Assembly: GCA_965263355.1 (NCBI GenBank)
Contig: CBDHHL010000032.1
Span: 1,248,001 to 1,312,000, forward strand
Length of the DNA: 64,000 bases
Source of the DNA: Leptolyngbyaceae cyanobacterium
GTDB lineage: Bacteria > Cyanobacteriota > Cyanobacteriia > Phormidesmidales > Phormidesmidaceae
Reading direction: 5' to 3'
In this document: positions 40,654 through 49,105 of the stretch, piece after piece
How positions within the stretch are numbered: position 1 is the stretch's first letter
Layout of the letters: the number at the start of each line of letters is the position of its first letter
Position numbers and translations under genes: made by a program
The notes under the pieces: generated by a model
Seen by the model: only the letters and a program-made list of their open reading frames with translations
Told to the model about the DNA's origin: nothing
Database searches by the model: none

Positions 40654-40870
40654 TTACAGGTTACAGTTCGCAATGCGAGAGAAGACCACCACCAACCCCG
40701 ACACCCCACCAACCACCCCACACCCAGGACCATCACCCGCGCCCCCACCACTCGAGAAAAGCCGGGAGATGGGCTTCAGGGGCACTCAAGTCATTCCCAC
40801 TAACTCCCTCTGACCATGTCAGTTCGTCGTAGTTAAGAAAATATATTTCGTCAGACAAGCCATCCGAGTC
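40654..40870 (-). pseudogene. Frameshifted 3' end of the GUN4 domain, with an adenine-depleted tract
   Basis: A second frame reads DSDGLSDEIYFLNYDELTWSEGVSGNDLSAPEAHLPAFLEWWGRG* (stop 40733-40735). The original frame resumes ...GVVGGVSGLVVVFSRIANCNL* (stop 40654-40656). Confidence 0.75.
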
Positions 40871-43572
40871 CAGCCGATCTCTTCTATGAACTTAATCCAG
40901 GCTGCTTCATTATACTGCCCTGGTGTATTGCCTGTTGCCAAAAACCTATTTTTCTGAACGCTAAAACCATAACGCCCCTCAGAATGATCAGACCAGAGGG
41001 TGTCCACCTTTCGCAAATGGTCGCAGGCGATATTCGAATACAAAAAACTCAAATCCCTGGAATATGCTGACGATAAAAGCGCATCCCAAGTCAGCCCATC
41101 GGCGTCTCGCCACCGATGCTCCTCCAAAGCTTGATCTAGCTCCCGAATCAATTGCTTCGCTCGAAAGTCATGGTGTTTTTTTAGGGCAGCAGTGACTAAT
41201 GCGCGCAATTGATTGCCCTCTGAATTATCAGATAAGGGAACCCTCAGCAATTGGTCGAAGGAGTTTGCAATGTTCTCTGAATTAAAGTTTGGTGTTTCAG
41301 AGATGTAGCCGAAGGCTTGTTCATAGGATGCGTAAGCACTGGGCAGCTCTTCTTGCTCTTCCTGTAAATTTCCCTGAACTGCATAGGTAAAGAATGCGAT
41401 CTCTCGCCCCGACTTTGATTGAAATACATCAGGATTGTTTTGGATCAACCCATCGCTTTCATCGATCAGGGTTTGTGCCTTACTAATTTGCTTTTGTGCT
41501 TCTCCACTGAAGTCATCTGACGGAAACGGAATGAGATGGAGGTGAGCCAGGGCAGTACCACTCTTTAAGAGAGCTTGTTTCAAGTCAGAACTATCCTCTG
41601 TAAACTCGGTAAACGATAAACCAATCTGTTGAATAACATCATCGGCAGCTTCAGACTTATCAATGACGTGGAGGTCGTCGATGAGACCCGAGAGTGCTTT
41701 AGTGGTTTCATTCAGGGCGGCAATTTCTTTTTGCTCTCGTTGAGCTACGTCCAGTTTACGTTGAGCCTCTTGTTCTGCCTGTTCCGCTTGGGCTACAGCA
41801 GCATCAGCATTGGCTAAGTTTTGCTCAAGCTGTGCCAGTAACGTCTGCTGCTCTTGGGTCGCTTGCTGGGCTTGTTTCAGTTGCTCTTCTGCCGCTTGAC
41901 GCTGTGTTTCGGCATCTTGCAGTTCCTCCTGAGATTGCGCTACTTCTTCCTCGGCTGCAGTCAATTCATCGCGAGCTTGAGTCAAGGCTTGTTCGGCGTC
42001 ATCTTTTTTTTGTTGAATTTCGGTTAACTCTTTCTCCGCCGCTGTAGCTTTGATTTCAGCCTCTTCAGTTAGGGTCTCAGCCTTTTTAAGCCGCTGATTC
42101 GCCTCATGCACTTGCTTTCCTGAAAATAGAGCCAATCCTCCGAACACGAGAGCTGTGACCAGCGTACCGCTTAACACTAAACTCCCTCGGCGAATCTTCC
42201 GTTGAGCCTGCCGATTGGCTTGTGCCTGAATCTGCTCAGCGGCTTCGGCAGCTTCTCGGGCCGCTTTTTCCCGTGCCAGTTCAGCTTCTTCTTCTTGCTG
42301 TTGGATACGCGAAGCTGACAAAAACTCCTGATCTTCGATACTGGGGCTTCTCTCTACGGCCCATTGCTCCGCCTCTGCCAGAGCCTCTCCACGCAACAAT
42401 CGGGACCTGTCTGTTTTGCCTGACGAAATCCAAGCACGAAAACTTTCCGAGTAGGGGCGCAATTTTTTTAATTCCGCATCAATCCACACCTCGTCAAAGA
42501 CAGCCGCATAAATCGGGTTATAGACCTGGAGTAGGCCATCACGTTTAACCACCAACCCTGCCAGTTGCAACTCCCGCTCTTCTAGTCGATTCTGAGCCGA
42601 TAGTGACCCCAACTGCCGAATCTGGCGATACAACTCCAACAAATATCCGGCTTTTTGCTCGTTATCCAGCAGACGTTTGCGAATGGTCTTCAGGTGTTCC
42701 TGATGGTCTTGCGATTCCCACTGCTCAATCACCTGAGAGCGCACTAATCCTTCGACTGCCGTTGGTTCACTGCCCTCAGTGATCGGAAATTTAGAATCCA
42801 CCACCAATTGACAGACCCGTTGGGTAAGAAAGGGTTGTCCACCGGTCCAGTGCAAGATTTCCTGTAACACCACCGGGGGACGATCCGCCTTTACTGCCAA
42901 TCCAGCTGCCAGGGGCAAGGCTTCCTCGACGTCAAACCCTTTCAGGTTAATGGCCTTGCCAATATTAAACGGTGTTCGCTTGACATCCCCAATCAACTCC
43001 GATGGCATGGCCACACCAAACAAAGCCAGGGTCAACCGTTGATAGTCTGGATTTTCTGCCCGCTTGTTATAGCAGGCGCGAATTAGGGCAAAAAAGTCGT
43101 CGGTAAAGGGCAGAGTGATGGTGCTATCAATCTCGTCAATCAAAATCACAATGGAGCGATCGATACCCGGCAAGAGCACCGTCTCGATAAATTCTCCTAA
43201 CCGTTCCACCGGAGCAATAAAATCCCGCTCTTTCAACCACTGACGAAATGTCTGACGATCAAGCAATTTCAATTCACGATTCAGTTGATTGATAATCCCG
43301 GCATACCAGCGGTCGGGCTGATCCGATTGGCTATCTTTAGCGGAAAAATCCAGAATCACTCCCGTCCAACCAGCTGCTCGCAATCGGGTTAGCGTCCGCA
43401 CCATCAGACTCGATTTACCCATCTGCCGCGAATTTAAGACGTAGCAGAATTCCCCCGCTTTCAGGGCGTCATACAAGTCATCATCACTGCCACGCGTCAC
43501 ATAGGAGGGCACATCCTGCGGTAAAGCACCCCCAACTTTATAGAAGCGGTTGGACAGAGGGGCGTCACTCAT
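40819..43572 (-). CDS. AAA_35 ATPase - TM - coiled coil - GUN4 domain protein (C-terminus frameshifted)
   Basis: Walker A NSRQMGKSS, Walker B ILIDEID, WTGGQPFLTQ, LLRGEALAEA, a TM helix, heptad coiled coil, GUN4 motifs WRDAD and DTLWSDHSEGRYGFSVQK. Confidence 0.85.
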   Translation of the reverse strand: MSDAPLSNRFYKVGGALPQDVPSYVTRGSDDDLYDALKAGEFCYVLNSRQMGKSSLMVRTLTRLRAAGWTGVILDFSAKDSQSDQPDRWYAGIINQLNRELKLLDRQTFRQWLKERDFIAPVERLGEFIETVLLPGIDRSIVILIDEIDSTITLPFTDDFFALIRACYNKRAENPDYQRLTLALFGVAMPSELIGDVKRTPFNIGKAINLKGFDVEEALPLAAGLAVKADRPPVVLQEILHWTGGQPFLTQRVCQLVVDSKFPITEGSEPTAVEGLVRSQVIEQWESQDHQEHLKTIRKRLLDNEQKAGYLLELYRQIRQLGSLSAQNRLEERELQLAGLVVKRDGLLQVYNPIYAAVFDEVWIDAELKKLRPYSESFRAWISSGKTDRSRLLRGEALAEAEQWAVERSPSIEDQEFLSASRIQQQEEEAELAREKAAREAAEAAEQIQAQANRQAQRKIRRGSLVLSGTLVTALVFGGLALFSGKQVHEANQRLKKAETLTEEAEIKATAAEKELTEIQQKKDDAEQALTQARDELTAAEEEVAQSQEELQDAETQRQAAEEQLKQAQQATQEQQTLLAQLEQNLANADAAVAQAEQAEQEAQRKLDVAQREQKEIAALNETTKALSGLIDDLHVIDKSEAADDVIQQIGLSFTEFTEDSSDLKQALLKSGTALAHLHLIPFPSDDFSGEAQKQISKAQTLIDESDGLIQNNPDVFQSKSGREIAFFTYAVQGNLQEEQEELPSAYASYEQAFGYISETPNFNSENIANSFDQLLRVPLSDNSEGNQLRALVTAALKKHHDFRAKQLIRELDQALEEHRWRDADGLTWDALLSSAYSRDLSFLYSNIACDHLRKVDTLWSDHSEGRYGFSVQKNRFLATGNTPGQYNEAAWIKFIEEIGWTRMACLTKYIFLTTTN

Positions 43573-45677
43573 GCCAGACTCCTTAAGCGTGAACGAAAAT
43601 AGGGACGATACAGTCGATCATGGCGCAATACCACAGCATTGCCTTGCAATGTCACCAGTCCCATGCCATTGAGTTTAAAGCCAAGTATCGGCCTTAGCTC
43701 CACCGGGCGATCCGTCATAATCACTTGCTCAAACGCTGTGGCCAAGTCGGGATGTTGTTGTAAATTCCATAGGTGTCGTCGCAGATGTTCGCCATAAATC
43801 CCTCCATCGGTGGGAGCGTCTGTTAGCAGTTCCGGTAACGTCATATCCTGTTGCGCTAGATGATACAGTGCCAGACGCACCAGATAGGGATGTCCCCCCA
43901 CCATATCCATCAACGCCTCCACGTCACCCGTGCCCCAACGTAAGCCATGCTTGTCCACCAACTCCAGCACCTGCGCAACACTAAACTCGGGCAGGTCCAC
44001 TGCCAGACCCACATTAAAGGGTGATGAATTCGTATCCAAGACCACATAGGATTCGGTGGAATGGGCGATTGCCATCCGCAGCTTAGCCCAGGTGTCATTC
44101 ACCTTGGCTTTTTCATTCCAGGACCGCAACAGAGTCAGAAATTCTTTCGAGACCGTTTCATAGGGAAACAGGCGATCCAGTTCGTCCAGCCCCAAGAATA
44201 AAGGTGCATCGAGCGTCGATAATAACTCCTCTTCAAAATAGTCGCTACAGTTTTCTTTGGGACCAAACAAGTCTTCGTCCCAACAGTCTTTTACCCGTTT
44301 GGGAGATAGCCCCAATTGCTTACTGACCGACGCACAAAATCGTTTCAAAAACACACTGGCATCGGTAAATGCTCGTTCATCGGTCTCTAAAAATGAGATC
44401 GTCACCGGGTGATAGCCCAACTGGACGGCATGATCTCGAATCCTAGCCAGCAGAGAGGTTTTACCCATTTGCCGGGGTGCTTTGATTCGCACCAGTCCAG
44501 CCCTATGGTTAATCTCTTGCAAGCAGCGCGTGTCCAAGGGTTCACGCCGGATATAAAATTCGGAATTCAGCGGCATCGTGCCACTGGGCAGCTCCAGATC
44601 AGCAACGGGCAGTGGTGGTCCCTTGGCAGTTGGTATTGCACCAGGAGTTGGTTCCGCTGCAATCGGTTCTGGCACTCTACCCTCAACAATCAATTCCGTC
44701 AGCTCTTGCACCAGGCAAGGGGTATCAGCAGGCGATTGCCAGTCTGACTGGGGGATGGTTTGCAACGCCCGCCACAATTCTGAATGGAGGGGATAATCGT
44801 GGGGTAAATTAACCCGAATTGGCAATATCACGGGTCTCTCCCGTTGCTCCCACATTTGCCGTGCCGTTTGCACTTCCCCGGCGACCCGGTCACTACCAGC
44901 TAAGGGCTCAGACAGTAACAGCAGCAGGTAATCACAGCGTCGCAATTCCTGATCAATCTGGGTGACCTGCTGGAGTCCATCAGCCACCAGCACTGGAGTA
45001 TGTCCCGCTGTTTTTAGACGGTCATGGAAGGCTTGCGCCAGAGTGACCTCGGATGCTTGATTCCGATAGCGAATGAACACGCGCTGCCCTGTAGTAGGAT
45101 CATCCGTCGCTGCGGATGGCCCTAACCAGACTGGGGTGTGTTGCTCTGGAATTCCCGCCAGTTGAATCGCATTACAGCCAAATTTATAGGCCCTTTCATA
45201 GGGCTTACCCGCTCCCAGAGCATCATAGAACCCCACGGCAAACTCGATAGCCGCCCGGTCGCCAATGGCATTTGTCATACCAATCACGTAGGGAATGTGC
45301 TGGGCAATAGCTGTCGCCTGTTCCTGGGAATAGCAGGCATTGAGCAGGACACACTCCACCTGATCGGCCACAAGTTCGAACAGCCCAGACAAGGCTTCCC
45401 CATTGACGAATTTTGCTTGCCCCGTCTTATCTTCAAAGACCAGCCCCTCTTCACCTGCGCCGTGTCCTGAAAAATGGATAATATGGGGTTCGTGGCGGAG
45501 TATTGATCGGCGTAAATCTCGATAGCGTAATGCCGTAGCTGTCTCGATAGTAAATTGCGATCGCTGCTTGGCACGGAGGAGTCCTTCCTCAATCTCCCGC
45601 ATTTCCTCATCCAGACGCACCTTGGGAGTGCCCTGAGGATTCGCAGATAACAGTAAGATTTTGCGGAAATCGCTCAT
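43569..45677 (-). CDS. CHAT - TIR-like - AAA_35 protein
   Basis: CHAT motifs ILLLSANP, HFSGHG, LNAC; TIR-like RVFIRY...CDYLLLLLS...VAGEV...PVILPIRV; AAA_35 APRQMGKTS, LDELD, GGHPYL; ATGA overlap with the downstream gene. Confidence 0.88.
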   Translation of the reverse strand: MSDFRKILLLSANPQGTPKVRLDEEMREIEEGLLRAKQRSQFTIETATALRYRDLRRSILRHEPHIIHFSGHGAGEEGLVFEDKTGQAKFVNGEALSGLFELVADQVECVLLNACYSQEQATAIAQHIPYVIGMTNAIGDRAAIEFAVGFYDALGAGKPYERAYKFGCNAIQLAGIPEQHTPVWLGPSAATDDPTTGQRVFIRYRNQASEVTLAQAFHDRLKTAGHTPVLVADGLQQVTQIDQELRRCDYLLLLLSEPLAGSDRVAGEVQTARQMWEQRERPVILPIRVNLPHDYPLHSELWRALQTIPQSDWQSPADTPCLVQELTELIVEGRVPEPIAAEPTPGAIPTAKGPPLPVADLELPSGTMPLNSEFYIRREPLDTRCLQEINHRAGLVRIKAPRQMGKTSLLARIRDHAVQLGYHPVTISFLETDERAFTDASVFLKRFCASVSKQLGLSPKRVKDCWDEDLFGPKENCSDYFEEELLSTLDAPLFLGLDELDRLFPYETVSKEFLTLLRSWNEKAKVNDTWAKLRMAIAHSTESYVVLDTNSSPFNVGLAVDLPEFSVAQVLELVDKHGLRWGTGDVEALMDMVGGHPYLVRLALYHLAQQDMTLPELLTDAPTDGGIYGEHLRRHLWNLQQHPDLATAFEQVIMTDRPVELRPILGFKLNGMGLVTLQGNAVVLRHDRLYRPYFRSRLRSLA

Positions 45678-45978
45678 TGCATCGCAGCTTATAGATGCGG
45701 CTACCGGTTGGGTTTATTGCCAGCATAGTATTTTGTCTGTTAATGCTGCAGTACCCTCACAGGTACTTATTAGATATCGGGATTCCGACATCTAAGTCTT
45801 AACTCGATATCTATATAGATACACAAAAGTCCTCGGTGTTATTCAGGGGCTTTTTTAAATGATCAATCAACTCAAACTCTATTCGATGGGAATTCCGTGC
45901 TTCTCTAGTAGCTCATGCCGATGCTCAAGCACACGCATTTGCTCATAGGCTGCTACTAAAAGACCTAATACCCTAAAA

Positions 45979-46118
45979 GGGTATCCACTCAAGCCGGGAA
46001 ATTCTGGTTAAGTAGGAATCTAGAATCCAGGAATCAGAATTCAGAAAGGATATGGCTCCTGGCTCCTGACTTCTGACGTCTATCCTTGAGAAAACTTCCC
46101 GCTTTAAGTTAGTACCCC
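45979..46118 (+). repeat. MITE-like intergenic repeat, copy 3
   Basis: GGGTATCCACTCAAGCCGGGAAA ... TTCCCGCTTTAAGTTAGTACCC; colinear with the copy at 36541. Confidence 0.75.
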
Positions 46119-46349
46119 TCTAAAAATAGGCGTATTAAGTAAGTCAGACTTGAAACAATCAGCGATAGCACTCCTAACTTCTGAGTACTGGATTAAACAG
46201 CTTTTAGTGTTTAGTGAATGTAGCTCACTAGTTAAAGGGCATTACCAGAGCGTTGTTAATGCTATTAGACTTACGTTTAGCTGTTACAAAAATCAGTGAT
46301 TAGTATGTGTAGCACATACGGAGGCTAGTAAATACGGGTGTAAACTACG

Positions 46350-47690
46350 ATGGATATTGTGTTTGGGCTGCTGGTAACCTTTGTGTTGTTGGTGCTGAGT
46401 GTGTTCCATGGGGTGACACTGGTGTGGCCGTTGGGGGGTGCGATCGCACTCTTCAGCCTGATCCACCTACACCGAGGCCATAGACTCTTAACTCTTCTCC
46501 GATTTTGCTGGCAAGGAGCCAAACAATCCTGGCCTGTATTTAGCATTCTGCTGTTAATTGGTGCCCTAATGAGCAGCTGGCTTGCCGGAGGCACCGTGCC
46601 AGCCCTCGTATACTATGGCACTCAACTGATCCCTTCCCATTACTTTGTGCTCTCAGCCTTTGTACTAACAGCAGTGGTATCAACCTTAATTGGCACGTCC
46701 TTTGGGTCTGTCGGCACCATTGGCTTGGCCCTGATGATTATGGCCCGCAGCAATGGCATCACCCAACTCAATCTAATTGCGGGGGCCATTATTGCCGGAG
46801 CCTATGTGGGCGATCGCTGTTCGCCACTGTCGTCTAGTGCCCATTTGATTGCCACCGTGACGGATACCCGTATTTACCAAAACCTAAAACAGATGTTACT
46901 GACATCGTTGTTGCCTATGGCACTGACGATATTGATCTATGGTACAGTTTCTCTATTTTATCCATTAAAAATCTCACCCCAATCAGACATCAGTCAACAA
47001 ATTACAGCTATCTTCGATCTCAATGGCATAACCCTCCTACCAGCCGTTCTCGTATTGCTATTAGCAACAGTACGTGTGCCTGTAAAACTCACTATCCTTA
47101 TTGGTTGGATGGTGGCGATTAGTCTAGCAATAGGGCTACAGCACTATTCTTTTGTAGACGTCTTACACTTTACGATGTGGGGCTTTCAGCTAGATAGCGA
47201 TACTGTACTAGACACTGTTTTATTAGGTGGTGGTCTATGGCCCATGTTTAAAGTGTGTGTCATTGTATTGTTATCGACAACTTTGTCAGGATTGTTAACG
47301 AATACCCAAAGTTTATCCCATGTGAGCCATTGGCTGCAGGTAGCCCAACAACAACGAAGTTTGTTTGCCGGTACAACCTTCGTTAGTCTCCTTGCCGCAG
47401 CGTTTGGCTGTACCCAAACCATTACCATTTTGCTTACCCATCAGTTAGTATCGCGTCAATACAAACTGATGGGCCATAGTACTCAACAAGTTGCGATTGA
47501 TCTAGAAAATACGGCAGTCCTTCTAGCACCCATGATTCCTTGGAACATTGCTGGGTTAGTGCCAGCTACTGTATTAATGGTAGGACCTGGATTTATGCCG
47601 TTTGCGGTATATCTTTACCTTGTTCCCCTTTGTAACTGGATGTGGCCTGCGCGGCTAGAATCAATGCCTGGTCTCAGCATCCAAAAATAA
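46350..47690 (+). CDS. Na+/H+ antiporter NhaC family protein
   Basis: GTVPALVYYG, GTSFGSVGTIG, GAYVGDRCSPLS and LAPMIPWN motifs; multi-TM. Confidence 0.88.
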   Translation: MDIVFGLLVTFVLLVLSVFHGVTLVWPLGGAIALFSLIHLHRGHRLLTLLRFCWQGAKQSWPVFSILLLIGALMSSWLAGGTVPALVYYGTQLIPSHYFVLSAFVLTAVVSTLIGTSFGSVGTIGLALMIMARSNGITQLNLIAGAIIAGAYVGDRCSPLSSSAHLIATVTDTRIYQNLKQMLLTSLLPMALTILIYGTVSLFYPLKISPQSDISQQITAIFDLNGITLLPAVLVLLLATVRVPVKLTILIGWMVAISLAIGLQHYSFVDVLHFTMWGFQLDSDTVLDTVLLGGGLWPMFKVCVIVLLSTTLSGLLTNTQSLSHVSHWLQVAQQQRSLFAGTTFVSLLAAAFGCTQTITILLTHQLVSRQYKLMGHSTQQVAIDLENTAVLLAPMIPWNIAGLVPATVLMVGPGFMPFAVYLYLVPLCNWMWPARLESMPGLSIQK

Positions 47691-47736
47691 GCCTGGTCTT
47701 TGCTACCCTACACAATGCATCAATCAGGGGAAACAG

Positions 47737-48051
47737 TTAAACGTTCTCATTAGGGTTTTTGAAGCCTGCATTTTTCGTCGGTCTATCGTAGACTCCTAAA
47801 CGTCTGAGGAACCGACGAAAGGTGACATACACCAGCCATGCACAGAGGAGGGTGGGCAATAGGCAAATCATCAGGGTTAGCTTTGGGAAATATTGCCCTT
47901 GTAGAATCCTTGCTTGCCATGTAATGACTAGCCTGGCAGGACCTGTTTCTGTTGCTACCCAATGCATAATAAAGGCCATGCAAAAGCCGAAAAAACCTAA
48001 GGGTATGAGGCAGCCAAGGTTTTGTAACCAGTCTTTTAAGATTGGATGCAT
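47737..48051 (-). CDS. Hypothetical small membrane protein
   Basis: Two hydrophobic helices and a basic tail. Confidence 0.55.
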   Translation of the reverse strand: MHPILKDWLQNLGCLIPLGFFGFCMAFIMHWVATETGPARLVITWQARILQGQYFPKLTLMICLLPTLLCAWLVYVTFRRFLRRLGVYDRPTKNAGFKNPNENV

Positions 48052-48272
48052 GATGCTGAAAAAATACAGGCTGGGGGAATGCCTGTACTAGTGACGAAAA
48101 ACTATATACCTACACGATTCACGGACAAGTCTTTAAATCCAGATTTTTTTATAAAGCCTGTTGATGCTTTGTGACATTTCTTTAGAAAAAGATGCCCTGC
48201 GTAACCAACTGCTTATGGGTCTGACGACGTTATCGCTACGAGTAGGTATGGAGTGTGGCGTCACATAATGCC

Positions 48273-48920
48273 CTATGCAAGCGCTGCTGATTGCCAGTGG
48301 GTAAAAATATGAGTTCCTTGTACTCGTAACTCGCAATCATTAAGGTCAAAAATCATCGGTTCATATTTGGGATTAGCGGCTTCTAAAACAACCACTGACT
48401 CTTTTTGGAAAAAGTGTTTTAGGGTAGCTCCTTGGCCTTCTACATAAACCGCAACGATTTCCCCAGGTCTGGGTTTATAGCCATCGGCAACGGGGCGAAT
48501 GCCCACATAGGCCCCGTCGGGAATACCCGCACCCACCATACTGTTCCCTGAAATCTTCAACACATAATCACTTCGTTTACGACCGGCGTACTCAATATTG
48601 AGATACTCATGATCTGCGGTGGCTGGTTCATGGCAGTAACCGGCAGCAATCTCTCCGCGAATGGGTAGCCCTTCTGGTTCGGGTAGATCAGCATAGGGCA
48701 TAGCCGAAGCTTCAAAGTTGACCAGCTTAATGCCCCGTGAGGTGCGTTTACGACGGGTGATGTACTGATTATTCTCTAACCACTTCAGACTGTTTTGGAT
48801 GCTGCCATGGGAACGCTCTGTTCCGGTGATGATTTCCCTTACCGTAGGGCTGTTTTGATGCTTGCGCCAGTACGCTTCGATGAAGCTGAGTACGGTTCCG
48901 TGGGGTTTGCGAACAGCCAT
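48273..48920 (-). CDS. lexA: LexA family repressor (divergent DNA-binding domain)
   Basis: wHTH SPTVREI, cleavage site IAAG, catalytic Ser GNSM and Lys ATLK. Confidence 0.85.
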   Translation of the reverse strand: MAVRKPHGTVLSFIEAYWRKHQNSPTVREIITGTERSHGSIQNSLKWLENNQYITRRKRTSRGIKLVNFEASAMPYADLPEPEGLPIRGEIAAGYCHEPATADHEYLNIEYAGRKRSDYVLKISGNSMVGAGIPDGAYVGIRPVADGYKPRPGEIVAVYVEGQGATLKHFFQKESVVVLEAANPKYEPMIFDLNDCELRVQGTHIFTHWQSAALA

Positions 48921-48935
48921 GGATCAACATCGTGT

Positions 48936-48965
48936 AGGACAAATGTATTGTAGTCCAAATGTTCT
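48936..48965. promoter_or_regulatory. Tandem putative LexA autoregulatory boxes
   Basis: AGGACAAATGTATT (48936-48949) and AGTCCAAATGTTCT (48952-48965) immediately upstream of lexA. Confidence 0.6.
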
Positions 48966-49105
48966 ATTTTGCCTAGTCATTTCTAAAATATGCTTAGGAA
49001 TCTTGCTACCTGGGGTGGTAAAAACAAGAAACCTGACATTGCGTTGCGATTAGTCGTTGGGGCTTCATGATTGGATGTACGCAGGCTTAATGGTAGTAAA
49101 GAGCA

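Noticed and set aside
40500..40820. Complete DGR or group II intron at this locus
   Set aside because: There is no reverse transcriptase ORF, no second copy of the tract and no intron domain V motif in the window. Only the remote-target hypothesis is kept.
40626..40832. 68-aa Pro/His-rich ORF on the + strand
   Set aside because: It is the antisense shadow of the G/T-rich GUN4 tail on the - strand.
41700..42320. Repetitive Glu/Gln/Ala-rich DNA as a tandem repeat
   Set aside because: Explained by coiled-coil coding sequence; no exact nucleotide repeat unit is visible.
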